In this document: piece after piece, positions 56,846 through 64,000 of the stretch
Layout: the number at the start of each line of letters is the position of its first letter
How positions within the stretch are numbered: the stretch's first letter is position 1
DNA from: Saprospiraceae bacterium
GTDB lineage: Bacteria; Bacteroidota; Bacteroidia; Chitinophagales; Saprospiraceae
Direction of reading: 5' to 3'
NCBI GenBank assembly: GCA_047634015.1
Contig: JBLIDB010000001.1
Location: 16,094-80,093, forward strand
Length of the DNA stretch: 64,000 nt
Made by a program: the position numbers and the translations under genes
The notes under the pieces: model-generated
Database searches by the model: none
What the model saw: only the letters and a program-made list of their open reading frames with translations
What the model was told of the DNA's origin: nothing

Positions 56846-58069
56846 TTACATATTCTTGATGATCTCATCACCGAATTCAGAACACTTCAACTTAGTTGCG
56901 CCCTTCATCAATCTTTCGAAATCATAAGTAACATGCTTTGTTTTGATAGCGCCTTTGATTCCTTTTTCGATCATATTGGCAGCTTTCTTCCAGCCCATAT
57001 ATCTCAACATCATAACACCTGATAAGATAACAGAACTTGGATTTACTTTATCCTGTCCTGCATACTTAGGAGCAGTACCGTGAGTCGCTTCAAATACTGC
57101 GATTCCAGTTTCATAATTAATATTTGCTCCTGGAGCGATACCGATACCACCTACTGCAGCAGCAAGTGCATCAGAAATATAATCTCCATTAAGATTAAGA
57201 GTAGCGATAACATCATACTCTGCAGGTCTGAGTAAGATCTGTTGTAAGAATGCATCTGCGATTACATCTTTTACGATAATCTCATTTCCTTTATTATCGA
57301 TTACTTGCCATGGTCCGCCATCAAGATCCGTAGCACCGAATTCTCTCTTAGCAAGATCATAACCCCATTCTTTAAATTTACCTTCTGTAAATTTCATGAT
57401 GTTGCCCTTATGTACTAAGGTTACAGACTTCGCTTTCTCGGCAATAGCGTGCTTAATTGCTGCGCTTACGAGACGCTCTGTTCCTTCTAGAGATACTGGC
57501 TTTACACCAAGAGAACATGTATCAGGGAATCTAATACCCGTAACACCCATCTCATCGATAAGGAATCTCTTAACTTTTTCATTTTCTTCAGTACCATGCA
57601 GGTATTCGATACCAGCGTAGATATCTTCTGTATTCTCTCTGAAGATTGTCATATCCACTAATCCCGGCTTCTTGACAGGACTCGGAACGCCTCTGTACCA
57701 CTTTACAGGACGAACACATGCATATAAGTCAAGGATCTGGCGAATAGCAACGTTTAGCGATCTAAATCCTCCTCCTACTGGAGTCGTAAGGGGCCCTTTA
57801 ATAGCAACTAAATGCTCGGCAATGGTATCAGTTGTTGCCGCTGGCAACCATTCTCCAGTTTTCTCATTTGCCTTCTCACCAGCAAAAACTTCTTTCCAGT
57901 GGATTTTTCTTTTACCGTCGAATGCCTTTTCAACAGCTGCGTCGAGAACTCTTACAGAAGCTGCCCAAATATCGGGACCGATTCCGTCTCCTTCTATAAA
58001 TGGGATAATGGGATCATTTGGAACTTGCAATTTGCCCCTACTGGACATTGTGATTTTAGTGCCGCTCAT
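56846..58069 (-). CDS. icd: NADP-dependent isocitrate dehydrogenase (homodimeric, E. coli type)
   Basis: [22 protein letters not shown] and [13 protein letters not shown] motifs. 407 aa. Confidence 0.95.
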   Translation of the reverse strand: MSGTKITMSSRGKLQVPNDPIIPFIEGDGIGPDIWAASVRVLDAAVEKAFDGKRKIHWKEVFAGEKANEKTGEWLPAATTDTIAEHLVAIKGPLTTPVGGGFRSLNVAIRQILDLYACVRPVKWYRGVPSPVKKPGLVDMTIFRENTEDIYAGIEYLHGTEENEKVKRFLIDEMGVTGIRFPDTCSLGVKPVSLEGTERLVSAAIKHAIAEKAKSVTLVHKGNIMKFTEGKFKEWGYDLAKREFGATDLDGGPWQVIDNKGNEIIVKDVIADAFLQQILLRPAEYDVIATLNLNGDYISDALAAAVGGIGIAPGANINYETGIAVFEATHGTAPKYAGQDKVNPSSVILSGVMMLRYMGWKKAANMIEKGIKGAIKTKHVTYDFERLMKGATKLKCSEFGDEIIKNM

Positions 58070-58141
58070 ATAGTATCTTTTTTAATCTCACCCTGGCAGG
58101 GATATCGATTGATGAGGTAATTGTTTTTTGAAAAAGTCGCG

Positions 58142-58149
58142 CAAAGGTA
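58142..58149 (-). promoter_or_regulatory. Bacteroidota -7 promoter box (TACCTTTG on the minus strand) for icd
   Basis: Matches TAnnTTTG. It lies about 70 nt upstream of the ATG at 58069. Confidence 0.5.
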
Positions 58150-58203
58150 GGGATTCTATTGCTTCTATGGCAGTGTTATTGATGGTACTTAACACATAAG
58201 GTG

Positions 58204-58211
58204 TACTTTTG
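58204..58211 (+). promoter_or_regulatory. Bacteroidota -7 promoter box (TACTTTTG) for ruvB
   Basis: Matches TAnnTTTG. It overlaps the track's GTG start, which argues for the ATG at 58231. Confidence 0.5.
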
Positions 58212-58230
58212 TATGATTATTAACAGACAT

Positions 58231-59256
58231 ATGAATTCAAATCTCGACCCTTCCGCAGAAATCTTAAGTACAGATGAGAAGCAATTGGAGAGGGCGCTCA
58301 GACCTACAGAACTTAAAGATTTCAGCGGTCAGCCTAAGATCGTTGAGAATCTCAAAGTATTCATCCAGGCGGCCAATATGCGAGGGGAGGCAATGGATCA
58401 CGTCCTCCTTCACGGACCTCCTGGATTAGGAAAAACGACCTTATCTCATATTGTATCTAATGAATTAGGTTCAGAATTAAAGCTTACTTCTGGTCCCGTA
58501 TTGGAGAAGCCTGGTGACCTCGCGGGATTACTTACCAATCTTCAGGAAGGAGATGTTCTATTCATAGATGAGATTCATCGACTCAATAATGTCGTTGAGG
58601 AGTATCTCTATTCGGCGATGGAGGATTACCGAATAGATATAATGATTGATTCGGGTCCGAATGCGAGAAGTATTCAACTAAATATTAGTCCATTTACGTT
58701 AATTGGGGCTACTACAAGGATGGGATTACTTACTCCTCCGCTAAGAGCAAGATTTGGTATTACATGTCATCTTGATTATTATGATGTCGAGACGTTAAGA
58801 AAAATTGTTAAAAGAAGCTCGGCCCTTCTTGATATTGAAATTACGGAAGAAGGAGCACATGAGATTGCTCGTAGAAGCCGTGGTACTCCAAGAATAGCCA
58901 ACGCGCTGCTAAGACGCGTAAGAGACTTCGCTCAAGTCAAGGGGGATGGCCGAATAGATCTCGAGATTTCTAAGTATGCCCTGCAAGCCTTGGATGTAGA
59001 TGAATTAGGGCTTGATGAGATGGACAATCGTATTCTGACCACTATGATTTCTAAGTTCAAGGGTGGACCCGTAGGGCTTGGAACCATAGCTACAGCAGTA
59101 GGAGAGGAGTCCGGGACAATCGAAGAAGTCTATGAGCCATTCTTAATAATGGAAGGCTTCATCCAACGTACTCAAAGAGGTAGAGTCTGCACAGATAAGG
59201 CATATCAACATCTTCAGATCTCAAAGCCAAAAGATACGGGATCTCTATTCGAATAA
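58231..59256 (+). CDS. ruvB: Holliday junction branch migration helicase RuvB
   Basis: [12 protein letters not shown], Walker [10 protein letters not shown], Walker [10 protein letters not shown] and the sensor motif [16 protein letters not shown]. Confidence 0.95.
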   Translation: MNSNLDPSAEILSTDEKQLERALRPTELKDFSGQPKIVENLKVFIQAANMRGEAMDHVLLHGPPGLGKTTLSHIVSNELGSELKLTSGPVLEKPGDLAGLLTNLQEGDVLFIDEIHRLNNVVEEYLYSAMEDYRIDIMIDSGPNARSIQLNISPFTLIGATTRMGLLTPPLRARFGITCHLDYYDVETLRKIVKRSSALLDIEITEEGAHEIARRSRGTPRIANALLRRVRDFAQVKGDGRIDLEISKYALQALDVDELGLDEMDNRILTTMISKFKGGPVGLGTIATAVGEESGTIEEVYEPFLIMEGFIQRTQRGRVCTDKAYQHLQISKPKDTGSLFE

Positions 59257-59297
59257 AAGGCCTCCGACGCATTGGACGAAAAGTATATTCGCTTCAA

Positions 59298-59624
59298 TTA
59301 AGCTTGAGCTGTAGGAGTAAAGTTCATTGGAGGATATTGATTGGCATCATTCTTTACTGAGATAGGACCGTGTTGCGATTCGTATTTTTTGATATTGTCG
59401 GCAAGGGCCTTGAGAAAACGCTTAGCATGCTCTGGTGTTACAATTACTCGAGATTTGACTTTGGCCTTTGGGATGTTAGGAAGCATCCTTATGAAATCTA
59501 AAACAAACTCAGAGTGAGAATGTGAGATAATCGCAAGGTTTGCATACACACCATCTGCCATATCTTCGGGTAGATCGATACTTATTTGGTTCTGCTTCGG
59601 GGCATTCTTTTTTTCGTCGGCCAT
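59298..59624 (-). CDS. DUF3467 domain protein
   Basis: GVYANLAIISHSHSEFVLDFI...VKSRVIVTPEHAKRFLKAL is a pattern I recall from DUF3467. 108 aa. Confidence 0.65.
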   Translation of the reverse strand: MADEKKNAPKQNQISIDLPEDMADGVYANLAIISHSHSEFVLDFIRMLPNIPKAKVKSRVIVTPEHAKRFLKALADNIKKYESQHGPISVKNDANQYPPMNFTPTAQA

Positions 59625-59771
59625 GTCTATCGAATTAATGTAGACTGCAAGTATAATACATTGTACTTAGTTCCGACGTATTAGTATCATTTCAAGTTGG
59701 ACCTAATCCTTTTGTTTTAAAACATATTAAATTATTTTATCATTTGTTAACAACTGATTTATAATAATTTA

Positions 59772-59779
59772 TACATTTG
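59772..59779 (+). promoter_or_regulatory. Bacteroidota -7 promoter box (TACATTTG) upstream of the small-ORF/PspC pair
   Basis: Matches TAnnTTTG. It lies about 100 nt upstream of the ATG at 59880. Confidence 0.4.
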
Positions 59780-59879
59780 TGATGAAAGTAATACTCGAAC
59801 TTTCAACCTAAGCCATTCTGAGATCTGATATTCTAATCAGTTCAAAACCAAACTCTTTCTATTACTCATTTTAGAACCT

Positions 59880-60089
59880 ATGACTCACTCTACTTACGTG
59901 GACAGCTTATACATGTCCAGCCCTCAATCTCGACTTAAAGGAGAAACACTTCTCTTAGTTTTTATTATTATCTTCGGTCTTTTAGGCCTCGGTTTGTGCT
60001 TCGGATTTTGCAACCCAGATTCTTCTGGAATCAAGAACAGTGTCTCACAACTCGAGTTATCACAAGCGCATATTGATAACAGACATTAA
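59880..60089 (+). CDS. Possible small membrane protein (one TM helix), unverified
   Basis: 69-aa ORF with a TM helix LLLVFIIIFGLLGLGLCFGF. It overlaps the PspC-domain ORF in another frame. No family is recognised. Confidence 0.3.
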   Translation: MTHSTYVDSLYMSSPQSRLKGETLLLVFIIIFGLLGLGLCFGFCNPDSSGIKNSVSQLELSQAHIDNRH

Positions 60090-60291
60090 GAATAAACTTG
60101 AAAAATACGGATTCGGTGTATGCCAATACATCGGACATAAGGCTGGTATATCTTCATCTACCATCCGCAAGTATTTTATATATATGTCTTTTATTACTGT
60201 AGGCTCTCCTTTGATTATATATCTATTTACAGCCTTCTGGTTAGATATCAAACGACACCTACGCGATAGGGATAATGTTATAGTGGACTAA
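60040..60291 (+). CDS. PspC-domain membrane protein
   Basis: YGFGVCQYIGHKAGISSSTIRKYFIYMSFITVGSPLIIYL matches the PspC domain pattern. The true start is uncertain (ATG 60040 or TTG 60073). Confidence 0.65.
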   Translation: MSHNSSYHKRILITDIKNKLEKYGFGVCQYIGHKAGISSSTIRKYFIYMSFITVGSPLIIYLFTAFWLDIKRHLRDRDNVIVD

Positions 60292-60352
60292 TGCGGATTA
60301 GGTTAATCGTTGATTATTGTCCATCCTGACTTAAATAAATTATTTGTTACTC

Positions 60353-61027
60353 TTACTGAGAAAATGCATACTGTACTATGTTTGCTCCCATTTGCAACGC
60401 TGCTAATCGCTTTTCGATAGGGTCGTTATGGACCTCTTGGTCTTCCCACCCGTCTCCTAGGTCAGATTCATAGGAGTAATAACTTACAAGCCTCCCTTCC
60501 CATATCAATCCGAACCCTTGAGCAGGCATATCATCATGCTTATGAATCTTGGGTGGACCATTTTTAAATTCAAATTTTTGATGGTAGATATCATGTTCGA
60601 ATGGTAACTCCACGAAGTCTAATTCAGGAAAGACTTTCTTCATTGCAGGGCGTACGAAGATATCCATGCCGTAATTATCATCGATGTGCAGGAAACCACC
60701 GGCCATAAGATATGTTCTGAGATTTTCCGCATCAGCATCCGAGAATACTACGTTGCCATGTCCTGTCATATGGAGGAATGAATAATTAAAAATTTCAGCA
60801 TTACCCACTTCTACTGTAGCATAACGGGCATCGATATTCATACCTAGTTGATCATTGCAGAATAAGGCAAGATTATTGAGCGCCGTTGGATCCGAATACC
60901 AGTCACCTCCACCTGCGTATTTTAGTAAGGCTATTTCTGTTTTTTCTTCCAGTGTAGACCAAGCTGTAGTAATTAGAGCAACGCTTAATAAAAACATAGA
61001 TAGCTTCATTCCTGATATTTGTTTCAT
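60353..61027 (-). CDS. DUF4159 domain protein (secreted)
   Basis: Signal peptide. LKYAGGGDWYSDPTALNNL is a motif I recall as characteristic of DUF4159. Confidence 0.65.
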   Translation of the reverse strand: MKQISGMKLSMFLLSVALITTAWSTLEEKTEIALLKYAGGGDWYSDPTALNNLALFCNDQLGMNIDARYATVEVGNAEIFNYSFLHMTGHGNVVFSDADAENLRTYLMAGGFLHIDDNYGMDIFVRPAMKKVFPELDFVELPFEHDIYHQKFEFKNGPPKIHKHDDMPAQGFGLIWEGRLVSYYSYESDLGDGWEDQEVHNDPIEKRLAALQMGANIVQYAFSQ

Positions 61028-61133
61028 TCGTTATTTCTATGAAGTAATTTAAGAATTAAGGTGATTAAAGAGAGTAAAAAAACGTAGAGCTATAGCTGTA
61101 AATAAGTTATACGTTGTCATCTTCTTTTTTTAA

Positions 61134-61835
61134 TTACTTTAATGCATTTAGATGTGCACATGCTACCATCGCCGCTGTTTCTGCCCGCAGTCTTGAAGAT
61201 CCCAAATTTACACCAATTGCACCAGCGGATTTGGCTAATCCAACTTCTTCTATTGTAAAGTCACCTTCTGGACCAATGAGTATAACGCTTGGGCTTTGAT
61301 TCTTTGTAAAATTCCAGAGATCCTTATTATCTGGATTATAATTGGCGACGTAAAGAGTGGTATCGGCTTTTTGGTCTGTTATACTTTGAATAAACTTCTG
61401 ATATGGTATAGCTTCATGGAGTATTGGAAGATGATATTTCAATGATTGTTTTGCAGCGCTAACGATCACTTTCTGTAATCTTTCGACCTTAAGGTTTTTA
61501 CGTTCAGATCTTGCAGTTATCAGGGGTATGATTGAAGTCACTCCAATTTCGGTTATCTTCTCTAGTAACCATTCTAATCTTGTTGTATTCTTGATTAGCC
61601 CAAAAGCGATAGTAGGATAGGAAGGTGGTTTATGTTGCTGTCTATGGATTATGTCGGTGATGACTTCATTTCTACCTATAGCTGATATGCGAGCTTCATA
61701 GGAATTACCATTACCATCCATAACATTTATAAGCTCACCTACTTTTTTTCTTAATACTCGACTACAATGCTGCGCCTCTTGATCTATGAGTGTAAGTGTA
61801 TTTTCGTTAATCAAAGTTGAGAAGAACATATTCAT
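61134..61835 (-). CDS. rsmE: 16S rRNA (uracil1498-N3)-methyltransferase RsmE
   Basis: N-terminal HCSRVLRKKVGE (PUA-like) and C-terminal ILIGPEGDFT...LGSSRLRAETA SPOUT knot motif. Confidence 0.88.
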   Translation of the reverse strand: MNMFFSTLINENTLTLIDQEAQHCSRVLRKKVGELINVMDGNGNSYEARISAIGRNEVITDIIHRQQHKPPSYPTIAFGLIKNTTRLEWLLEKITEIGVTSIIPLITARSERKNLKVERLQKVIVSAAKQSLKYHLPILHEAIPYQKFIQSITDQKADTTLYVANYNPDNKDLWNFTKNQSPSVILIGPEGDFTIEEVGLAKSAGAIGVNLGSSRLRAETAAMVACAHLNALK

Positions 61836-61840
61836 AGGGC

Positions 61841-61848
61841 CAAAGGTA
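61841..61848 (-). promoter_or_regulatory. Bacteroidota -7 promoter box (TACCTTTG on the minus strand) for rsmE
   Basis: Matches TAnnTTTG. There are 5 nt between the box and the ATG at 61835. Confidence 0.45.
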
Positions 61849-61896
61849 TCTTCCTTCTACAAATAATATTGCCCTAAATCTATAGCGTAAGGTTTA

Positions 61897-61904
61897 TACC
61901 TTTG
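61897..61904 (+). promoter_or_regulatory. Bacteroidota -7 promoter box (TACCTTTG) upstream of rseP
   Basis: Matches TAnnTTTG. It lies about 165 nt upstream of the ATG at 62070. Confidence 0.4.
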
Positions 61905-62069
61905 CGCAGCTTTTATATACGAGATGAACTTTCTAATGAATTATAGGATTTACTATGCCATAGGGCAAGAGGTCTTGATGATTGAGCTTAGGAATGAGAA
62001 AAGAATAAGTTGTTATCTTTTCGCCATTCCCTAATTTTGATACTTAACGAATAAACGGAGCGTAGATAT

Positions 62070-63401
62070 ATGGATGTAGTTATCATGGTGGCCCAACTGA
62101 CGTTGTCACTTTCAATATTAGTCATATTACACGAATGTGGGCACTTCTTCCCAGCTCGATGGTTTAATACAAGAGTAGAGAAATTTTATCTTTTTTTTGA
62201 TGCGGGTTTTTCCCTATTGAAATTCAAAAGAGGAGATACCGAATATGGCATCGGTTGGCTTCCATTAGGAGGTTACGTCAAGATATCAGGGATGATAGAT
62301 GAGTCTTTTGATAAAGATCAAATGGCTGGTCCTGTTCAGCCTTGGGAGTTTAGATCGAAACCGGCTTGGCAACGATTAATAATTATGTTAGGTGGAGTAA
62401 CCGTTAATTTTATCCTGGCTGTTATAGTTTTCGCTGGAATATTTCTCTATTGGGGAGAAAGTTTTATGCTCAATGAAGATGCTACTTATGGTATAGCAGT
62501 AGAAAAGTTTGGAGAAGAGTTGGGTCTAAGAGATGGAGATCAAATATTGGAAATCGGGGATTATAAACTTACAGAGTTTAATGAATACGAAGTTGTTAGA
62601 AAACTGGTTATCGATAGGGCAGAAGTAATTAAAGTAAGGAGAGATAATCAAACCCTAAGTCTCCAAGTTCATGATTCAACTATCCAGAAAATAAGTCAGT
62701 ACGACAATAGAGAGGAGGTGCTTTTTACCTTACGACTTCCACTGACAGTAGGCGAAGTAGCTAAAGGAATGGAAGCGGAAAAGATAGGGCTGAAGGCGGA
62801 GGATAAGATCATAGGGATCAATGGCAAGGAGATTCGATTCTTCCATGAATTTACGAAAGAAGCGAAAACGCTTAAAAATAAAAAATCGAATATTAATGTG
62901 ATCCGTGTTGCAGATACATTGTTCATGAATGTCTCATTTGACAGTTTGGGGCGCCTTGGATTTATACCATTTGGCCCAGATAAGTTTTTCGAAATCTCAA
63001 AACGTGATTTTACAGTTGGGAAGGCTTTACATGAAGGGCTGAACCGTACTGTAGGATTTATTACAGATCAGATGAAGGCTTTTGGACAGATATTCAGAGG
63101 AAAAATGAAAGCAACGGAATCTGTAGGAAGTTTTATTTCGATAGGTAAGATGTATGGAGGAACATGGGACTGGCGTCGATTCTGGTCTATGACAGCTATG
63201 CTCTCTGCACTTTTAGGATTTATCAATCTACTACCTATTCCAGCTTTGGATGGCGGTCATGTAATGTTCTTACTATGGGAAGTGATTACAGGACGTAAGC
63301 CAAGTGATAAATTTTTAGAATACAGCACACTGTTAGGATTTTTGTTAATAATATGCCTAATGATTTTCGCTGTAGGAATAGATATAATGAGACATATTTA
63401 A
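62070..63401 (+). CDS. rseP: RIP site-2 metalloprotease RseP (peptidase M50)
   Basis: HECGHF zinc motif, two PDZ-like segments and the C-terminal NLLPIPALDGGH motif. Confidence 0.92.
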   Translation: MDVVIMVAQLTLSLSILVILHECGHFFPARWFNTRVEKFYLFFDAGFSLLKFKRGDTEYGIGWLPLGGYVKISGMIDESFDKDQMAGPVQPWEFRSKPAWQRLIIMLGGVTVNFILAVIVFAGIFLYWGESFMLNEDATYGIAVEKFGEELGLRDGDQILEIGDYKLTEFNEYEVVRKLVIDRAEVIKVRRDNQTLSLQVHDSTIQKISQYDNREEVLFTLRLPLTVGEVAKGMEAEKIGLKAEDKIIGINGKEIRFFHEFTKEAKTLKNKKSNINVIRVADTLFMNVSFDSLGRLGFIPFGPDKFFEISKRDFTVGKALHEGLNRTVGFITDQMKAFGQIFRGKMKATESVGSFISIGKMYGGTWDWRRFWSMTAMLSALLGFINLLPIPALDGGHVMFLLWEVITGRKPSDKFLEYSTLLGFLLIICLMIFAVGIDIMRHI

Positions 63402-63408
63402 GCTTCAG

Positions 63409-63936
63409 ATGCAGGATTATTTTGATTTTTTTGCGATTAAGCGCCGATTTAAAATTGATAGAAAAGCGCTAAGATTAAAGTATATAAGCAATAGTCGAGC
63501 TTATCATCCAGATTTCTTCACCATGGAGGACGGGGATAAACAGGAGGAAGTATTGCGTCTTTCCACCCTAAACAATAAGGCGTATCAAGTACTCTTCGAG
63601 GAGAGGAAGAGAATGCAGCACTTACTATCACTATATGATATGTTTCCCGAAGAGGGGCAGTCACAAGTGCCTCAGGAATTCCTTATGGATATGATGGAAG
63701 TTAATGAACAATTATTGGACGCCCAAATGTCGGAAGATCAGAAAGCAATTTCAGGTGTCATTAATGAATTAGAGGCTATAAACGCTGATCTTGCCTCTGT
63801 GGCGAATAAAGCCATGACCGATTGGGATGAAAATCAAGATAAGAATAAACTCACCGAGATTAAAGATATCTATCTAAAACAGCAATATCTAAGACGACTT
63901 CAAGATCGCTTAAAGGGAGTAGATCCAGAATTTTGA
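63409..63936 (+). CDS. hscB: J-domain Fe-S co-chaperone HscB-like protein
   Basis: J-domain with HPD (RAYHPDFF), followed by a helical C-terminal domain. 175 aa. Confidence 0.7.
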   Translation: MQDYFDFFAIKRRFKIDRKALRLKYISNSRAYHPDFFTMEDGDKQEEVLRLSTLNNKAYQVLFEERKRMQHLLSLYDMFPEEGQSQVPQEFLMDMMEVNEQLLDAQMSEDQKAISGVINELEAINADLASVANKAMTDWDENQDKNKLTEIKDIYLKQQYLRRLQDRLKGVDPEF

Positions 63937-64000
63937 TTGATCCTTTAGCTTCTTTTTGCGATAAAGTTCTCGATAGTACTTTGGAATTCGCCCAGTGTCT

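Noticed and set aside
61924-62034. 36-codon ORF (MNFLMNYRIYYAIGQEVLMIELRNEKRISCYLFAIP) in the long rseP leader.
   Set aside because: It is too short to evaluate without conservation data and has no recognisable motif. I note it only as a possible uORF.
1-64000. Search for tRNA, rRNA, tmRNA, RNase P or SRP RNA, riboswitches, and for transposases, integrases, phage or defence genes.
   Set aside because: I read every intergenic region longer than 100 bp and found no cloverleaf-like or known conserved RNA motif. No ORF showed recombinase, nuclease-defence or toxin-antitoxin signatures. This was a by-eye scan, so covariance-model searches (Infernal/tRNAscan) should confirm it.

Overview
The window looks like an AT-rich chromosomal segment of a Bacteroidota genome. 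The taxon call is an inference from three things: repeated TAnnTTTG -7 promoter boxes, genes for a T9SS plug (DUF5103), DUF5916, DUF4159 and DUF3467, and no Shine-Dalgarno-like spacing. Gene density is high, and I saw no rRNA, tRNA, CRISPR array, transposase or integrase. Core genes present include dnaA, ruvB, icd, argH, nadA, pdxH, anmK, rsmE, rseP, hscB, erpA/iscA, hppA, an S41 tail-specific protease and an ABC-F ATPase. The envelope and transport genes include a tetR-tolC-MFP-RND(-pdxH) operon and a TolC-MFP pair with no pump. There is also an MntR/DtxR-controlled metal ABC operon with no permease gene, and two large outer-membrane proteins. The most system-like region is about 12.9-23.6 kb. 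It holds an inositol-lipid locus: a PIP-synthase-like CDP-alcohol phosphatidyltransferase, an IPC-synthase-like PAP2 protein, myo-inositol-1-phosphate synthase, PgpA, GtrA and a DAGK-fold lipid kinase. Beside it lie a His-box fatty-acid hydroxylase, a MarR regulator, and an operon encoding a DPM1-like GT2 plus two large polytopic membrane proteins. Together these have the parts list of a polyprenol-phosphate-sugar-dependent glyco-inositol-lipid pathway, but that link is a hypothesis. The window also contains decayed genes: a LigD-polymerase N-terminal stub fused to an EEP-nuclease C-terminal remnant, and a 3-methyladenine glycosylase broken by two compensating indels. All calls rest on motif recognition by eye, and no database search was run.
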